From contig CAWDVE010000013.1 in NCBI GenBank assembly GCA_963805625.1, forward strand, positions 64,001-128,000: a DNA stretch of 64,000 nucleotides, given 5' to 3'. The notes below the pieces were generated by a model. That model saw only the letters and a list, made by a program, of their open reading frames with translations, ran no database searches and was not told where the DNA came from. Numbering within the stretch: position 1 is the first letter of the stretch; every line of letters starts with the position of its first letter. The translations under genes and the position numbers were made by a program. This document shows positions 10,025 to 20,188 of the stretch, piece by piece. The stretch comes from an uncultured Candidatus Rokubacteria bacterium (GTDB taxonomy: Bacteria > Methylomirabilota > Methylomirabilia > Rokubacteriales > DASRDR01).

Positions 10025-10184
10025 CACCCTCCTCCGCCTCCTGGGACACCGGAGGAGAGCGTTCGTGAAAGAGGGAGACGGTTGCGCGCGTCGCTCAGGT
10101 TGCGACAGGATCGGGGCCGACCGAGGCGCCGGTCGGTCCCCGGCAAGTCCTCCCGGGGCCACCACGCGGTCCCGGGGGGAACCG

Positions 10185-11924
10185 TCAGACGCGCCCCGGC
10201 GCCTTCTCGATCTTGGCCCAGGTATCCCGGAGGCCGACCGTGCGGTTCACGACCAGCCGCTCGGCCGTCGTGTCGGGATCGACGGAGAAGTAGCCCAGCC
10301 GCTCGAACTGGAACCGGGCGCCGGGCGCGGCGCCGCGGAGGCTCGGCTCCACGCGGGCGTCGGGCACGACCTCCATCGACGCGGGGTTGAGGAGCGCCGT
10401 GAAGTCCTGGCCCTCCGCCTCGTCCCCGGGATTCGGATGCGTGAACAGTCGATCGTAGAGGCGCGCCTCCGCGGTCTCCGCATGCGGCGCCGAGACCCAG
10501 TGGATGGTGCCCTTGACGCGCCGGCCCTCGCCGGCGCTCCCGCCGCGGCTCGCGGGGTCGTAGGTGCACCGCACCTCGACGATCTCGCCGGTGCGCTCGT
10601 CCTTCACCACCCCTGTGCAGCGGACGACGTACGCGTAGCGGAGACGCACCTCGTTGCCCGGGAAGAGCCGGAAGTACTTGGGCGGCGGCACTTCGCGCAC
10701 GTCGTCCCGCTCGATCCAGAGGACGCGCGAGAAGGGTACCTTGCGGACGCCCATCGCCGGGTCTTCCGGGTTGTTGACGGCCTCGAGCTCCTCCACCTGC
10801 CGCTCGGGGTAGTTCTCGATCACGAGCCGGACCGGCCGTAGCACCGCCATGACCCGCGCCGCGCGACGGTTCAGATCCTCCCGGATGCAGTGCTCGAGGA
10901 GCGCCAGGTCGACCACGCTGTTGGCCTTGGCGACGCCGATGCGCTCGGAAAAGTCGCGGATCGCCTCCGGCGTGTAGCCCCGGCGGCGGAGGCCGGCAAG
11001 GGTGGGCATCCGGGGGTCATCCCAGCCCCGGACGTGCCCCTCCTGGACCAGTCGGAGCAGCCGGCGCTTGCTCATCACCGTATAGCCGAGGTTCAGGCGC
11101 GCGAACTCGATCTGCTGCGGGTGGTAGATCTCGAGCGCCTCACACAGCCAGTCGTAGAGCGGCCGGTGGTCCTCGTACTCGAGGCTGCAGAGTGAGTGCG
11201 TGATCCGCTCGATCGAGTCCGACAGGGGGTGCGCGTAATCGTACATGGGATAGATGCACCAGCGCTCGCCGGTCCGGTGGTGGGCCACGTGCCGGATCCG
11301 GTAGAGGGTCGGGTCGCGCAGGTTCATGTTGGGCGAGGCCATGTCGATCTTGGCTCGCAGGACCCGCGCCCCATCCGGGAACTCGCCCGCGCGCATCCGG
11401 CGGAACAGGTCGAGGTTCTCCTCCACCGACCGGTCCCGGTAGGGGCTGTTCCGGCCGGGCTCGGTGAGGGTGCCGCGGTGCCCCCGGATCTCCTCGGCGG
11501 AGAGATCATCGACGTATGCGAGGCCGCGGCGGATCAGCTCCTCCGCCCACTGGTAGAGCCGTTCGAAGTAGTCGGACGCGAAGTAGAGATGCGGACCCCA
11601 GTCGTAGCCGAGCCAGCGTACGTCCTCCTGGATCGCGTCGACGTACTCGACCTCCTCCTTGGCGGGATTGGTGTCGTCGAACCGGAGGTGGCAGGTCCCG
11701 CCGAACTCCCGGGCGAGGCCGAAGTCGATCGAGATCGCCTTGGCGTGCCCGATGTGGAGATAGCCATTGGGCTCAGGCGGAAATCGCGTGACGACGCGCC
11801 CGCCCCAGCGCCCCGCCCGCGTGTCTTCCTGGATGGCGGCGCGGATGAAGTTGGGCGGTGGTCCCGTCTCGGGTATCGACATGGTGTTGGCGCTCGTCCG
11901 CTCGGGATTCGAGACTCCCATCAC
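10185..11924 (-). CDS. glnS: glutamine--tRNA ligase (start may be 11883)
   Basis: [37 protein letters not shown] and FQFERLGYF motifs. Confidence 0.97.
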   Translation of the reverse strand: MMGVSNPERTSANTMSIPETGPPPNFIRAAIQEDTRAGRWGGRVVTRFPPEPNGYLHIGHAKAISIDFGLAREFGGTCHLRFDDTNPAKEEVEYVDAIQEDVRWLGYDWGPHLYFASDYFERLYQWAEELIRRGLAYVDDLSAEEIRGHRGTLTEPGRNSPYRDRSVEENLDLFRRMRAGEFPDGARVLRAKIDMASPNMNLRDPTLYRIRHVAHHRTGERWCIYPMYDYAHPLSDSIERITHSLCSLEYEDHRPLYDWLCEALEIYHPQQIEFARLNLGYTVMSKRRLLRLVQEGHVRGWDDPRMPTLAGLRRRGYTPEAIRDFSERIGVAKANSVVDLALLEHCIREDLNRRAARVMAVLRPVRLVIENYPERQVEELEAVNNPEDPAMGVRKVPFSRVLWIERDDVREVPPPKYFRLFPGNEVRLRYAYVVRCTGVVKDERTGEIVEVRCTYDPASRGGSAGEGRRVKGTIHWVSAPHAETAEARLYDRLFTHPNPGDEAEGQDFTALLNPASMEVVPDARVEPSLRGAAPGARFQFERLGYFSVDPDTTAERLVVNRTVGLRDTWAKIEKAPGRV

Positions 11925-12062
11925 AGGCGCGCGCGTCTCCCATGATACCGCGACTCACGAAAAGCTTGGGCCTCTGGCCGCCCCTGAGGCAGCATGGGAT
12001 TCGGAAGGCCCCGCGCGCCCTCCGGTGACGGCCGGGCCTCGATTCTTCCGGGAGGGGAAGCC

Positions 12063-12776
12063 ATGCGAAGCAAGAGTTGGCACTGTTTCTGTCTCGCCAT
12101 CCTGGCTGCGCTCGTCATCGGCGCGGTGCGCGCGGACGCCCAGAGCCCGGAGTTCGCCGCGAGCTTCGCACGGGCGACGACAGCGCTCTACCAGATGATC
12201 AACGTCCCCGACGGGAAGGGCATCTCGCGCGAGGCCCTGGCCAAGGCGCACGGGGTGGCCGTGTTCCCGGAGGTCGTGAAGGGCGCGCTCCTGATCGGGG
12301 GCACCGCCGGTGACGGCGTCGTGACGGTGCGCCGGCCGGACGGCTCCTGGAGTCCGCCCGCGATCATCCGGATGGCCGGCGGGAGCCTCGGCTTCCAGAT
12401 CGGCGCCGAGATCACGGACGTCGTGCTCCTGATCATGACCCCGAAGGGTCTCCAGGGGCTCCTCTCGAGCGAGTTCACGATCGGCGCGGACATGTCCGCG
12501 ACGGCCGGACCCACCGGGCACCGAGAGGAGCTGTCGACGGACCTCAAGTTCACGACCGACTTGGTGACGTACTCGCGCACCAGGGGCCTCTTCGCGGGCC
12601 TATCGCTGGCAGGAGCGAGCGTGCGCGCCCGGGACGACTGGAACCAGTCGCTCTACGGACGAGGCTACACGATCCACGAGATCCTGCTCGGCACCCAGCT
12701 ACCGGTGCCGCAGGTCGCGCAGGGATTCATCCAGACGGTCGCCGCGTCCACCGGCCCCGCCATCAGCCAGCAGTAG
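12063..12776 (+). CDS. secreted lipid-binding SYLF (Ysc84-like) domain protein
   Basis: GGAGGGG RBS; signal peptide; GDGVV..WSPP, GGSLGFQIGAE.TDVVL and YSRTRGLFAG motifs. Confidence 0.9.
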   Translation: MRSKSWHCFCLAILAALVIGAVRADAQSPEFAASFARATTALYQMINVPDGKGISREALAKAHGVAVFPEVVKGALLIGGTAGDGVVTVRRPDGSWSPPAIIRMAGGSLGFQIGAEITDVVLLIMTPKGLQGLLSSEFTIGADMSATAGPTGHREELSTDLKFTTDLVTYSRTRGLFAGLSLAGASVRARDDWNQSLYGRGYTIHEILLGTQLPVPQVAQGFIQTVAASTGPAISQQ

Positions 12777-12815
12777 CGGCCCCGTCCTTCGCGTTTGGCG
12801 CGCTCCGGCGCGCTC

Positions 12816-12842
12816 GGGCGGCCCCGGAATCCGGGGCCGCCC
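12816..12842. terminator. GC-rich perfect hairpin, candidate terminator after the SYLF gene
   Basis: GGGCGGCCCCGG-AAT-CCGGGGCCGCCC (12-bp stem); no U-tract. Confidence 0.5.
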
Positions 12843-12901
12843 ACTCGATCTCACCCGGCTTGACCCGATTCCGCAGCGAAACGCGGTGTATCCTGCTTCA
12901 C

Positions 12902-14041
12902 GTGATCGACGCCGATGCCTTCCTCGAGCCGGCGCGCGCCCGGGGCTTCGGTTTCTACGCGGGCGTCCCTTGCTCGTTCCTGACCCCGGTCATCAACCGG
13001 GTCATCAGCGACCCCACGCTCGAGTACGTGGGCGCGACGAGCGAGGGCGAGGCGGTCGCCATCGCGGCGGGCGCCTGGCTGGCCGGCAGGAAGACCGTCG
13101 TGATGTGCCAGAACTCGGGCCTGGGGAATGCAGTCAACCCGCTCACCTCGCTCAGCTTCCCGTTCCGCATCCCGACCCTGCTGGTGGTCACGTGGCGGGG
13201 CCAGCCGGGAATCCACGACGAGCCGCAGCACGAGCTGATGGGCCAGATCACTGGCAGCCTGCTGGACGCCATGCGGATCCCCCGTCGCCCGTTCCCGGCA
13301 GCGCCCGAGGACGTGGAGCCGGCCCTCGCACAGGCCGAGGCGGCGATGGACCGGTCGGAGCTGCCGTTCGGGCTCGTGATGGCGAAGGACACCGTCCGCG
13401 ACGGCGGCCTCGACGAGAAGCCGCCCGACCCCAGGCTCCCCGGCGCCCGCCGGGATCTCCGGGAGCACGGCCCCCGCCCTGCCCGGGTCGAGATGCTGCA
13501 GCGCTTTCTCGCCGTCGTCGCCGACACGGCCGCCGTCATCGCCACCACCGGGAAGTGCGGCCGTGAGCTCTTCACCCTGGCCGACCGGCCGCAGCACCTC
13601 TACCAGGTCGGCTCGATGGGTGGCGCCAGCGCAATGGGTCTCGGCGTCGCCCTCCACACGCCGCGCCCGGTGGTCGTCCTCGACGGTGACGGTGCCGCGC
13701 TCATGAAACTCGGCAACCTCGCCACCATCGGAAGCCGCGCTCCGGCCAACCTCGTCCACGTCGTGCTCGACAACGGTGTCCACGCCTCGACGGGCGGCCA
13801 GGCCACGGTGTCGGCCAACGTGGACTTCGCGGCCGTCGCCCTCGCGTGTGGCTACGCGAGCGGCGCGAGCTGTGACAGCTTGCGCGGGTTCGAGCAGACC
13901 CTGGGAGCGAGCCGCGACGCCCCGGGGCCCCACCTGATTCACGCGCGGATCGCGCCCGGATCTCTCGCGAAGCTGGGGCGCCCGACGATCACGCCTCCGG
14001 AGGTCGCGCGGCGGTTCCGTTCATTCCTCGCGGAGCCCTGA
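12902..14041 (+). CDS. aepY: phosphonopyruvate decarboxylase (ThDP-dependent)
   Basis: GVPCSFL, EGEAVAIAAG, QNSGLGNAVNPLTSL, DEPQHELMG, TTGKCGRELF, GSMG and DGDGAALM motifs; GTG start at 12902. Confidence 0.88.
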   Translation: MIDADAFLEPARARGFGFYAGVPCSFLTPVINRVISDPTLEYVGATSEGEAVAIAAGAWLAGRKTVVMCQNSGLGNAVNPLTSLSFPFRIPTLLVVTWRGQPGIHDEPQHELMGQITGSLLDAMRIPRRPFPAAPEDVEPALAQAEAAMDRSELPFGLVMAKDTVRDGGLDEKPPDPRLPGARRDLREHGPRPARVEMLQRFLAVVADTAAVIATTGKCGRELFTLADRPQHLYQVGSMGGASAMGLGVALHTPRPVVVLDGDGAALMKLGNLATIGSRAPANLVHVVLDNGVHASTGGQATVSANVDFAAVALACGYASGASCDSLRGFEQTLGASRDAPGPHLIHARIAPGSLAKLGRPTITPPEVARRFRSFLAEP

Positions 14042-14061
14042 CCGGATACCGGAAGCGGACG

Positions 14062-14502
14062 ATGGAGGCGTGGGAGGCGAACCTGGTGATGAGTGCCGCG
14101 GAGATCGCGCGGATTCTCGCGGAGTGCCGGCGCATTGCGGTGCTCGGGATCAAGCCCGAGTCGCGCGCGGGCGCGCCCGCCTTCTACGTGCCCGAGTACA
14201 TGCTCCGCCAGGGCTACGACGTCGTTCCCGTCCCCGTGTACTACCCGGAGATCGTCGAGATCCTGGGGCTGCGCGTCCATCGGTCCCTCCGGGACGTGCC
14301 GGGGCCGATCGACATGGTGAACGTCTTCCGCCGCCCCCGGGACATCCCGCCCCACGTCGCGGACATCCTGGCGGTGAAGCCGCGCGTCGCGTGGTTTCAG
14401 CTCGGGATCACGCACGACGAGGCGGCCGAGACCCTGGCGCGGGCGGGAATCCGGGTCGTCCAGAACCGGTGCCTCCTGGTGGAGCACCGGCGGCTCGCGT
14501 GA
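14062..14502 (+). CDS. CoA-binding domain protein (YccU-like)
   Basis: IAVLG, YDVVPV, IDMVNVFR, WFQLGI and VVQNRC motifs. Confidence 0.9.
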   Translation: MEAWEANLVMSAAEIARILAECRRIAVLGIKPESRAGAPAFYVPEYMLRQGYDVVPVPVYYPEIVEILGLRVHRSLRDVPGPIDMVNVFRRPRDIPPHVADILAVKPRVAWFQLGITHDEAAETLARAGIRVVQNRCLLVEHRRLA

Positions 14503-14507
14503 AGGTG

Positions 14508-15041
14508 ATGGCGGGTCTCGCGGCGCGGCTCGACCCCATCGTCCTACCGGACGCAGACGGCCGGCCGGTGAGGCTAGGCTCTCTCTGGGCTGACGCGCCC
14601 GCGGCCCTCGTCTTCCTCCGCCACTACGGCTGAGTGTTCTGCCGGGAGCACGTCGCGCAGTTGCGCGACCACGAGGCCGAGTTCCGAGCGCGTGGCGCGC
14701 GCGTGGCCGCGGTCGGCCTCGGGGATCTCGCCTACGCCCGGGCGTTCCGCGACGAGTCCGGAATCGCTTTCCCGCTCCTGATCGACGCGGAGCGGGAAGC
14801 CTACCGCGCGGCGGACCTCAGGTCCGCCACGCTTCGCCACCTGCTCCGCCGGGACAACTTCGCCGCCCGTCGCCGTGCCCGGGCGGCCGGCCACCGGCAA
14901 GGGCGGACCGGCCAGAACGTGTTCCAGCTCGGCGGGAGCTTCGTCTTCGGCCCGGGCAACGTCGACCGCTACGCGCACGTGAGCGAGACCTTCGGCGACA
15001 CCGCCCCGGTCTCCCTGCTGCTGGCCGCGCTCGACCGCTGA
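14508..15041 (+). CDS. AhpC/TSA (peroxiredoxin-like, PRXL2/SelU-type) protein with in-frame TGA read as selenocysteine (UxxC)
   Basis: One frame reads MAGLAARLDPIVLPDADGRPVRLGSLWADAPAALVFLRHYG-TGA(14631)-VFCREH...QLGGSFVFGPG. The TGA falls where the family has the first Cys of LRHxGCxFCRE. Confidence 0.85.
14652..14669 (+). promoter_or_regulatory. candidate bacterial SECIS apical hairpin
   Basis: GTCGCGC-AGTT-GCGCGAC; loop begins 26 nt after the TGA, with G at loop position 2. Confidence 0.65.
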
Positions 15042-15114
15042 CCGCCAGCCGCCCGGCTCCCAGGCCGGAGCAGCGGACATGCCATCGGATCCGGAACAGG
15101 GCTCGCGCCGGCGG

Positions 15115-15561
15115 TCAGCCGGACTGGTCGAGAAATCGCGCGCGGTGCCGCGGCTCTGGGAGCGGGCAGCTGTCGTAGCGACCGAACAGGCGGTAGCGGG
15201 TGCGGGCCACGAGGTCATACCCCAGATCGCGCACCCATCTCGGCACGACGCGCAGCGCCCCAGCAGCCCGCCACGGCCCCCCCAGCTCGCGCAGGATCCA
15301 CAGCGCAGCGTCGGACTTCTGGAGCAGGCGCTCCTCTGGCCGGCCGTGGGCGATGACGAGATAGAGGGTGTCGAGGTCCCGGGGATCCCGACCGTGTCGG
15401 GCCAGGATCTCACTCGCGAAGGCGCTCTGGAGTGCCGCGAAACGAAACCGTCCAGGGCGATCCCGCGCCAGCACGAACCGGTTGAGACGGTTACAGAGGC
15501 CGCAGACGCCGTCGTAGAGGATGATCGGCCCGTCCGCCGTGGCGCCGGGCGGCTCACTCAC
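15115..15561 (-). CDS. DCC1-like thiol-disulfide oxidoreductase (DUF393)
   Basis: ILYDGVCGLC, RFAALQS and RDLGYDLVARTRYRLFG motifs. Confidence 0.9.
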   Translation of the reverse strand: MSEPPGATADGPIILYDGVCGLCNRLNRFVLARDRPGRFRFAALQSAFASEILARHGRDPRDLDTLYLVIAHGRPEERLLQKSDAALWILRELGGPWRAAGALRVVPRWVRDLGYDLVARTRYRLFGRYDSCPLPEPRHRARFLDQSG

Positions 15562-15688
15562 GCCGTTCCTCTCTGACCGGGCTCACCCATCGGGCCCCAG
15601 TCTATCCCACGCGCCTTCGGGATCGTCGTGTTGCCCGCGCGATGGCCGGCAGGACGCGCTGGTCGTTCGAGGGCAGACCCCCAGCCCG

Positions 15689-16573
15689 CTACCAGCGCAT
15701 GGCGCGCTTCGTGTGACGGCGACCAATCTCGGCGGCCTCGCGGGCCTGACCACCGGCCCCGATGCGGACTCCCTCGGCAATGCGCTCGATCACGTTCGCC
15801 GGAGTCACCTGGTCCAGGAACGCGATGCCGGCCACCTGGCAGGCCGCCAGCACGCGGGCCCGGGCCGCGAGCATGTCGGGCGGGTACGGCGGGTCGTGCT
15901 GGGTCGCGTGTCCCATGGAGAGCCCCATGTCCCCGGGCCCCCACTCGGCGAACGAGATGCCGGGCACCGTCAGGCTCGCCTCGGCGTTGGCGAGGGCGCG
16001 GACGTTCTCGATCTTGAGTCCGAGCATGAGCTCGCCGGCGGGATTCAGCGGCCAGGGGTCCGCCCGGGCCATGTACTCCGCCACCGTGAGGCCCCACATC
16101 GTCGACGCGTAGCCCTGTCCTCCGCTCCCCCGGCGCCCGACCCCGAGCCCGTCGCCGACTCCCAGGGTCTGGTGGGGATATCGGGCCGCTTCGACGAAGG
16201 CCTGCACCGCCTCCGGTGTCTCGGCGTGGCAGAGGAGGAGGCCGTGGACACCGGCCGCCAGCGCCTGACGGATCATCCACGCGTTGGCGCGCACGACCGC
16301 CTCGCTGCGACCGTCGACCGGAAGACTGACGATGACCGCCGGCGTGCGATGGCCGCTTCGCGTGACACCCGCCTCGAGTAGGCCGCGCACGAACTCCCGG
16401 AGCTCGGCGGCATCGAACGGCGCGTGCTCGGCGTCGTAGCTGAGGTAGTCCGCCCATGTGCTGGCGGCGGCCCGTCCCGCCTCATAGCCCCCCCGGCCGG
16501 GCGCATCCAGATGCTCGTAGTAGATCGGCTGGTCGAGAGCGAGCAGCTCGAGCGCTCGGTTGACTCGCGCCAT
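15689..16573 (-). CDS. HpcH/HpaI aldolase/citrate lyase family protein
   Basis: YDAEHAPFD, LKIEN and WGPGDMGLSMG motifs. Confidence 0.8.
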   Translation of the reverse strand: MARVNRALELLALDQPIYYEHLDAPGRGGYEAGRAAASTWADYLSYDAEHAPFDAAELREFVRGLLEAGVTRSGHRTPAVIVSLPVDGRSEAVVRANAWMIRQALAAGVHGLLLCHAETPEAVQAFVEAARYPHQTLGVGDGLGVGRRGSGGQGYASTMWGLTVAEYMARADPWPLNPAGELMLGLKIENVRALANAEASLTVPGISFAEWGPGDMGLSMGHATQHDPPYPPDMLAARARVLAACQVAGIAFLDQVTPANVIERIAEGVRIGAGGQAREAAEIGRRHTKRAMRW

Positions 16574-16576
16574 GGC

Positions 16577-17599
16577 TCAGCCTTCCCGGAGACCCCGGGC
16601 GCGCGCATGCGCCTTAACCTCCGGATTGACGAGCGACGTCGGCCACCGGCCGTCGAGGAAGCGGAGGACCTGGTCGACGGACTGGCGACGGTTGTCGGCC
16701 ATGGAGCCATCGCCGTGGCCGGCGGTGTGGGACGTGAGCAGAACGTTGGGCAGCGTCAGGAGCGGGTTGTCGGGATGCGGGGGCTCCTGCTCCAGAACGT
16801 CGAGGGCGGCGCCCGCAATCCGCCCCTCCCGGAGGGCCTGGGTCATCGCGGGCTCGTCGACGGTTCCACCCCTAGAGGTGTTGACGAAGTATGCCGTCGG
16901 CTTCATGGCCTGGAACTGGGCCGCTCCGAACATGCGCCGGGTCCCCGCGTTGAGCAGCACGTGCATGGAGATGAAGTCCGATCGGCGGCACAGCTCGTCG
17001 AGGGAGACGAGCTCGACACCCCAGGGCCCGACGGCCTCGGCCGTGAGATACGGATCGTGGGCGAGGTAGTGCATCCGGAAGCCCGCCAGCTTCTCGGCGG
17101 TCAGACGCGCGATCTTCCCGAAGCCGACGAAGCCGAGCGTCTGCCCTCGCATGCGCTGCACGGATCCCATCGCCTCCACCGCGGGTGGACGGCTCCATCC
17201 GTGACGACGGGCGACGTGGACCTGCTGCGGGAGCTTGCGGGCGCAGGCCATGAGCAGCATCACGGCATGGTCGGAGACCTCCTCGATGCAGAAGAGGGGG
17301 CTGTTCGCGACCAGGACACCGCGCCGTGTCGCGGCACCGACGTCCACCCGGTCGTAGCCGACCGTGCACTGCATGAGGAGCTCGAGGCTCGGCAGGCCCT
17401 CGAAGACACGCTCCGTGAACGGGAACTGCCCGAGCCCCATCACGACCTCGGCCTCGGCGCACGAGGCGATGAGATCGTCCTCGGTGCCGCCGCGACCTTC
17501 CACGACCGCTGCGCCGGCGGCGGCGAGCCGCTCACGCTCGGCCGCCGAGCCGTCCAGCAACGAGCCGATGTTCGCGATCAGCCGACGTCCGTCTCTCAT
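16577..17599 (-). CDS. D-2-hydroxyacid dehydrogenase (CtBP/SerA-like)
   Basis: VGYDRVD, GFVGFGKIAR, VNTSRGG, LDVLEQEP and TSHTA motifs; ATG 17599 preceded by GGAGG. Confidence 0.9.
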   Translation of the reverse strand: MRDGRRLIANIGSLLDGSAAERERLAAAGAAVVEGRGGTEDDLIASCAEAEVVMGLGQFPFTERVFEGLPSLELLMQCTVGYDRVDVGAATRRGVLVANSPLFCIEEVSDHAVMLLMACARKLPQQVHVARRHGWSRPPAVEAMGSVQRMRGQTLGFVGFGKIARLTAEKLAGFRMHYLAHDPYLTAEAVGPWGVELVSLDELCRRSDFISMHVLLNAGTRRMFGAAQFQAMKPTAYFVNTSRGGTVDEPAMTQALREGRIAGAALDVLEQEPPHPDNPLLTLPNVLLTSHTAGHGDGSMADNRRQSVDQVLRFLDGRWPTSLVNPEVKAHARARGLREG

Positions 17600-17826
17600 C
17601 AGCGTGCGTCCTCCAGATTGGTGGGGTGCCGGGCCGCGCGTCACGCGCGTCGGCGACCGCGACCATAGACGAACTCGGGTCAGCCTCGCAAGAGGGCACG
17701 GGCCTTCCCCGACGCCTCGAGGCGCTTGTCGCGAAGCTGACGCGTGTGCCACCATCGAATCGACGGGCGCTGCTGGGCGGACGGATCTCCGCCGACTCCC
17801 AGCACCGTCGCAGGGGGAAGCGTCAC

Positions 17827-20148
17827 ATGGCGAGCAAGCGGCACCTCCACACATCCCACTGGGGCGCCTTCGAGGCGGAAGTCGAGGGCGGCGCCGTCGT
17901 CGCCGTCCACCCCTACCGGAACGACCCGGATCCGTCTCCCCTGCTGGGCAACATCCCGGGGAGCCTCCGGCATCGGGCCCGGATCGCCCAGCCCATGATC
18001 CGGGCCGGCTGGCTCGACCGCGGCCCGGGACCCGACAGGCGGCGGGGGGCCGAGCCGTTCGTGCCGGTGAGCTGGCCGACGGCCGTCGACCTCCTGGCCC
18101 GCGAGCTCCGCCGCGTCTACGGCGCCCACGGGGGCGAGGCCGTCTACGGGGGCTCTTACGGCTGGGCCAGCGCGGGCCGGTTCCACCACGCGCAGAGCCA
18201 GCTCCATCGCTTCCTCAACTGCCTCGGGGGCTACGTCCGGGGCGAGCACACGTACAGCGCCGGGGCGCTCACCGTGATCATGCCTCACGTGGTCGGCGAC
18301 ATGCGCGGGTACCTGGACCGGGCGACCGCCTGGTCGGTGATCGAGCGCCACACCGAACTCTTCGTCTGCTTCGGCGGCATCCCGCTCAAGAACACGATGG
18401 TAAGTCCAGGGGGGGCGAGCCGCCACCCGACACGGGACCACTTGCGCGCCGCGAAGGCCGGTGGGGTGGAGTTCGTGCTGGTGAGCCCGGTTCGCGACGA
18501 CCTGCCGGAGTTCGTCGGGGCCGAGTGGCTCCCGGTCGTGCCGGGCAGCGACGTCGCCGTGATGCTCGGCCTCGCGCACGTCCTGGTCGACGAGGCGCGG
18601 TGCGATCGCGACTTCCTCGCGCGGTACTGCGCGGGCTTCGACCGCTTCGAGGGCTACCTCCGCGGGACGGAGGACGGCACTCCCAAGACCCCCCAGTGGG
18701 CCGAGCGGCTCTCCGGAATCCCGGCCGGGACGATCCGCGCGCTGGCGCGGCGCATGGCGGCGAAGCGGACGCTGATCAACGCGAACTATTCCCTCCAGCG
18801 CGTCGAGCACGGTGAGCAGGCCCCGTGGATGGTGGTGACGCTCGCGGCCATGCTCGGCCAGATCGGCCTGCCCGGCGGGGGATTCGGCCAGGGCTACGGC
18901 TCGCTGGGGTACGTCGGCCGGGCGCCGCTCCGCAGCCACCCCCCCGCCTTGCCGCAACTGGCCAATCCGGTCCGCGCCGTCATCCCGTTCGCCCGGGTGG
19001 CGGACATGCTGCTCCACCCGGGTGAGCCCTTCGACTTCGACGGCCAACGCCCGGTCTATCCCCACATCCGCCTCGTCTACTGGTGCGGAGGGAATCCCTT
19101 CCACCATCACCAGGACCTCGCCCGGCTCCGGCGCGCACTGGCCACGTTGGACACGATCGTGGTCCACGACCCGTTCTGGACGCCGATGGCTCGTCACGCG
19201 GATGTCGTCCTGCCGGCAACCGTGACCCTCGAGCGAAACGACATCGGCGGCTCGCCGAACGACCCCTGCCTGATCGCGATGCGTCGGGTGATCGAGCCGT
19301 ACGCGGAGGCGCGAAACGAGTACGCGATCTTCACTGACCTCGCCGAAGCGCTCGGGGTCGGGGCGCGCTTCACGGAGGGGCGGGACGAGATGACGTGGCT
19401 CCGGCACCTCTACGAGGGCTGGCGCGAGAAGGTCGCACACCGGGGCGGGCCGGCGCTGCCCGGGTTCGACGAGTTCTGGGCCACTGGTTCGCTGGAGGTG
19501 GCCGACGCCGACACCGACCTGGTCCTGCTGAGAGACTACCGAGCGGACCCGGAGCGCGCGCGACTCGCCACCCCGAGCGGCCGCATCGAGATCTTCTCGG
19601 CGACGATCGACGGCTTCGGGTACAAGGACTGCCCCGGACACCCGTCCTGGCTCGAGCCCACGGAATGGCTCGGGGCGCCCCTCGCCGACCGCTACCCGCT
19701 CCACCTCGTGGCGAACAATCCCACGACGCGGCTCCACAGCCAGCTCGACGTCGGCGCGTACAGCCAGGCCTCGAAGGTGCAGGGCCGCGAGCCGATCCGC
19801 ATGCACCCGGTCGACGCGGCGCACCGCGGCATCCAGAGCGGCGACGTGGTGCGGGTGTTCAACGACCGGGGAAGCTGCCTCGCTGGCGCCGTGGTCACCG
19901 ACGCCGTGCGCCCCCGCGTGGTCCAGCTCTCGACGGGGGCTTGGTACGACCCGCTCGATCCCGCGGATCCCGATGCGATGTGCGTCCACGGGAATCCGAA
20001 CGTGCTCACGTTCGACCGCGGCACCTCGAAGCTGGCACAGGGCTGCTCCGGCCAACACGCGCTCGTCCAGGTCGAGCGGTGGACCGGCCCCCTGCCCCCG
20101 ATCCGCGCCTACGACCCGCCCCCGATGGAGCAGCGGCCGGGGCTGTAG
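17827..20148 (+). CDS. bisC: cytoplasmic Mo-bisPGD biotin/methionine sulfoxide reductase (BisC/TorZ type)
   Basis: SHWGAF, GGSYGWASAGRFHHAQSQ, TYSAGA (Ser ligand), RLHSQ and HGNPNVLT motifs; no Tat signal. Confidence 0.88.
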   Translation: MASKRHLHTSHWGAFEAEVEGGAVVAVHPYRNDPDPSPLLGNIPGSLRHRARIAQPMIRAGWLDRGPGPDRRRGAEPFVPVSWPTAVDLLARELRRVYGAHGGEAVYGGSYGWASAGRFHHAQSQLHRFLNCLGGYVRGEHTYSAGALTVIMPHVVGDMRGYLDRATAWSVIERHTELFVCFGGIPLKNTMVSPGGASRHPTRDHLRAAKAGGVEFVLVSPVRDDLPEFVGAEWLPVVPGSDVAVMLGLAHVLVDEARCDRDFLARYCAGFDRFEGYLRGTEDGTPKTPQWAERLSGIPAGTIRALARRMAAKRTLINANYSLQRVEHGEQAPWMVVTLAAMLGQIGLPGGGFGQGYGSLGYVGRAPLRSHPPALPQLANPVRAVIPFARVADMLLHPGEPFDFDGQRPVYPHIRLVYWCGGNPFHHHQDLARLRRALATLDTIVVHDPFWTPMARHADVVLPATVTLERNDIGGSPNDPCLIAMRRVIEPYAEARNEYAIFTDLAEALGVGARFTEGRDEMTWLRHLYEGWREKVAHRGGPALPGFDEFWATGSLEVADADTDLVLLRDYRADPERARLATPSGRIEIFSATIDGFGYKDCPGHPSWLEPTEWLGAPLADRYPLHLVANNPTTRLHSQLDVGAYSQASKVQGREPIRMHPVDAAHRGIQSGDVVRVFNDRGSCLAGAVVTDAVRPRVVQLSTGAWYDPLDPADPDAMCVHGNPNVLTFDRGTSKLAQGCSGQHALVQVERWTGPLPPIRAYDPPPMEQRPGL

Positions 20149-20188
20149 CCGGGAGCTGCGACCAGAGAAGCCTGTCCGCCTGGACAGG

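Noticed and set aside
17680-20058. Very long antisense ORFs (e.g. 792 aa opposite bisC, 601 aa opposite hydantoinase A, 532 aa opposite the amidase)
   Set aside because: Shadow ORFs expected from high GC3 codon bias; no motifs, and the opposite strand has clear family signatures.
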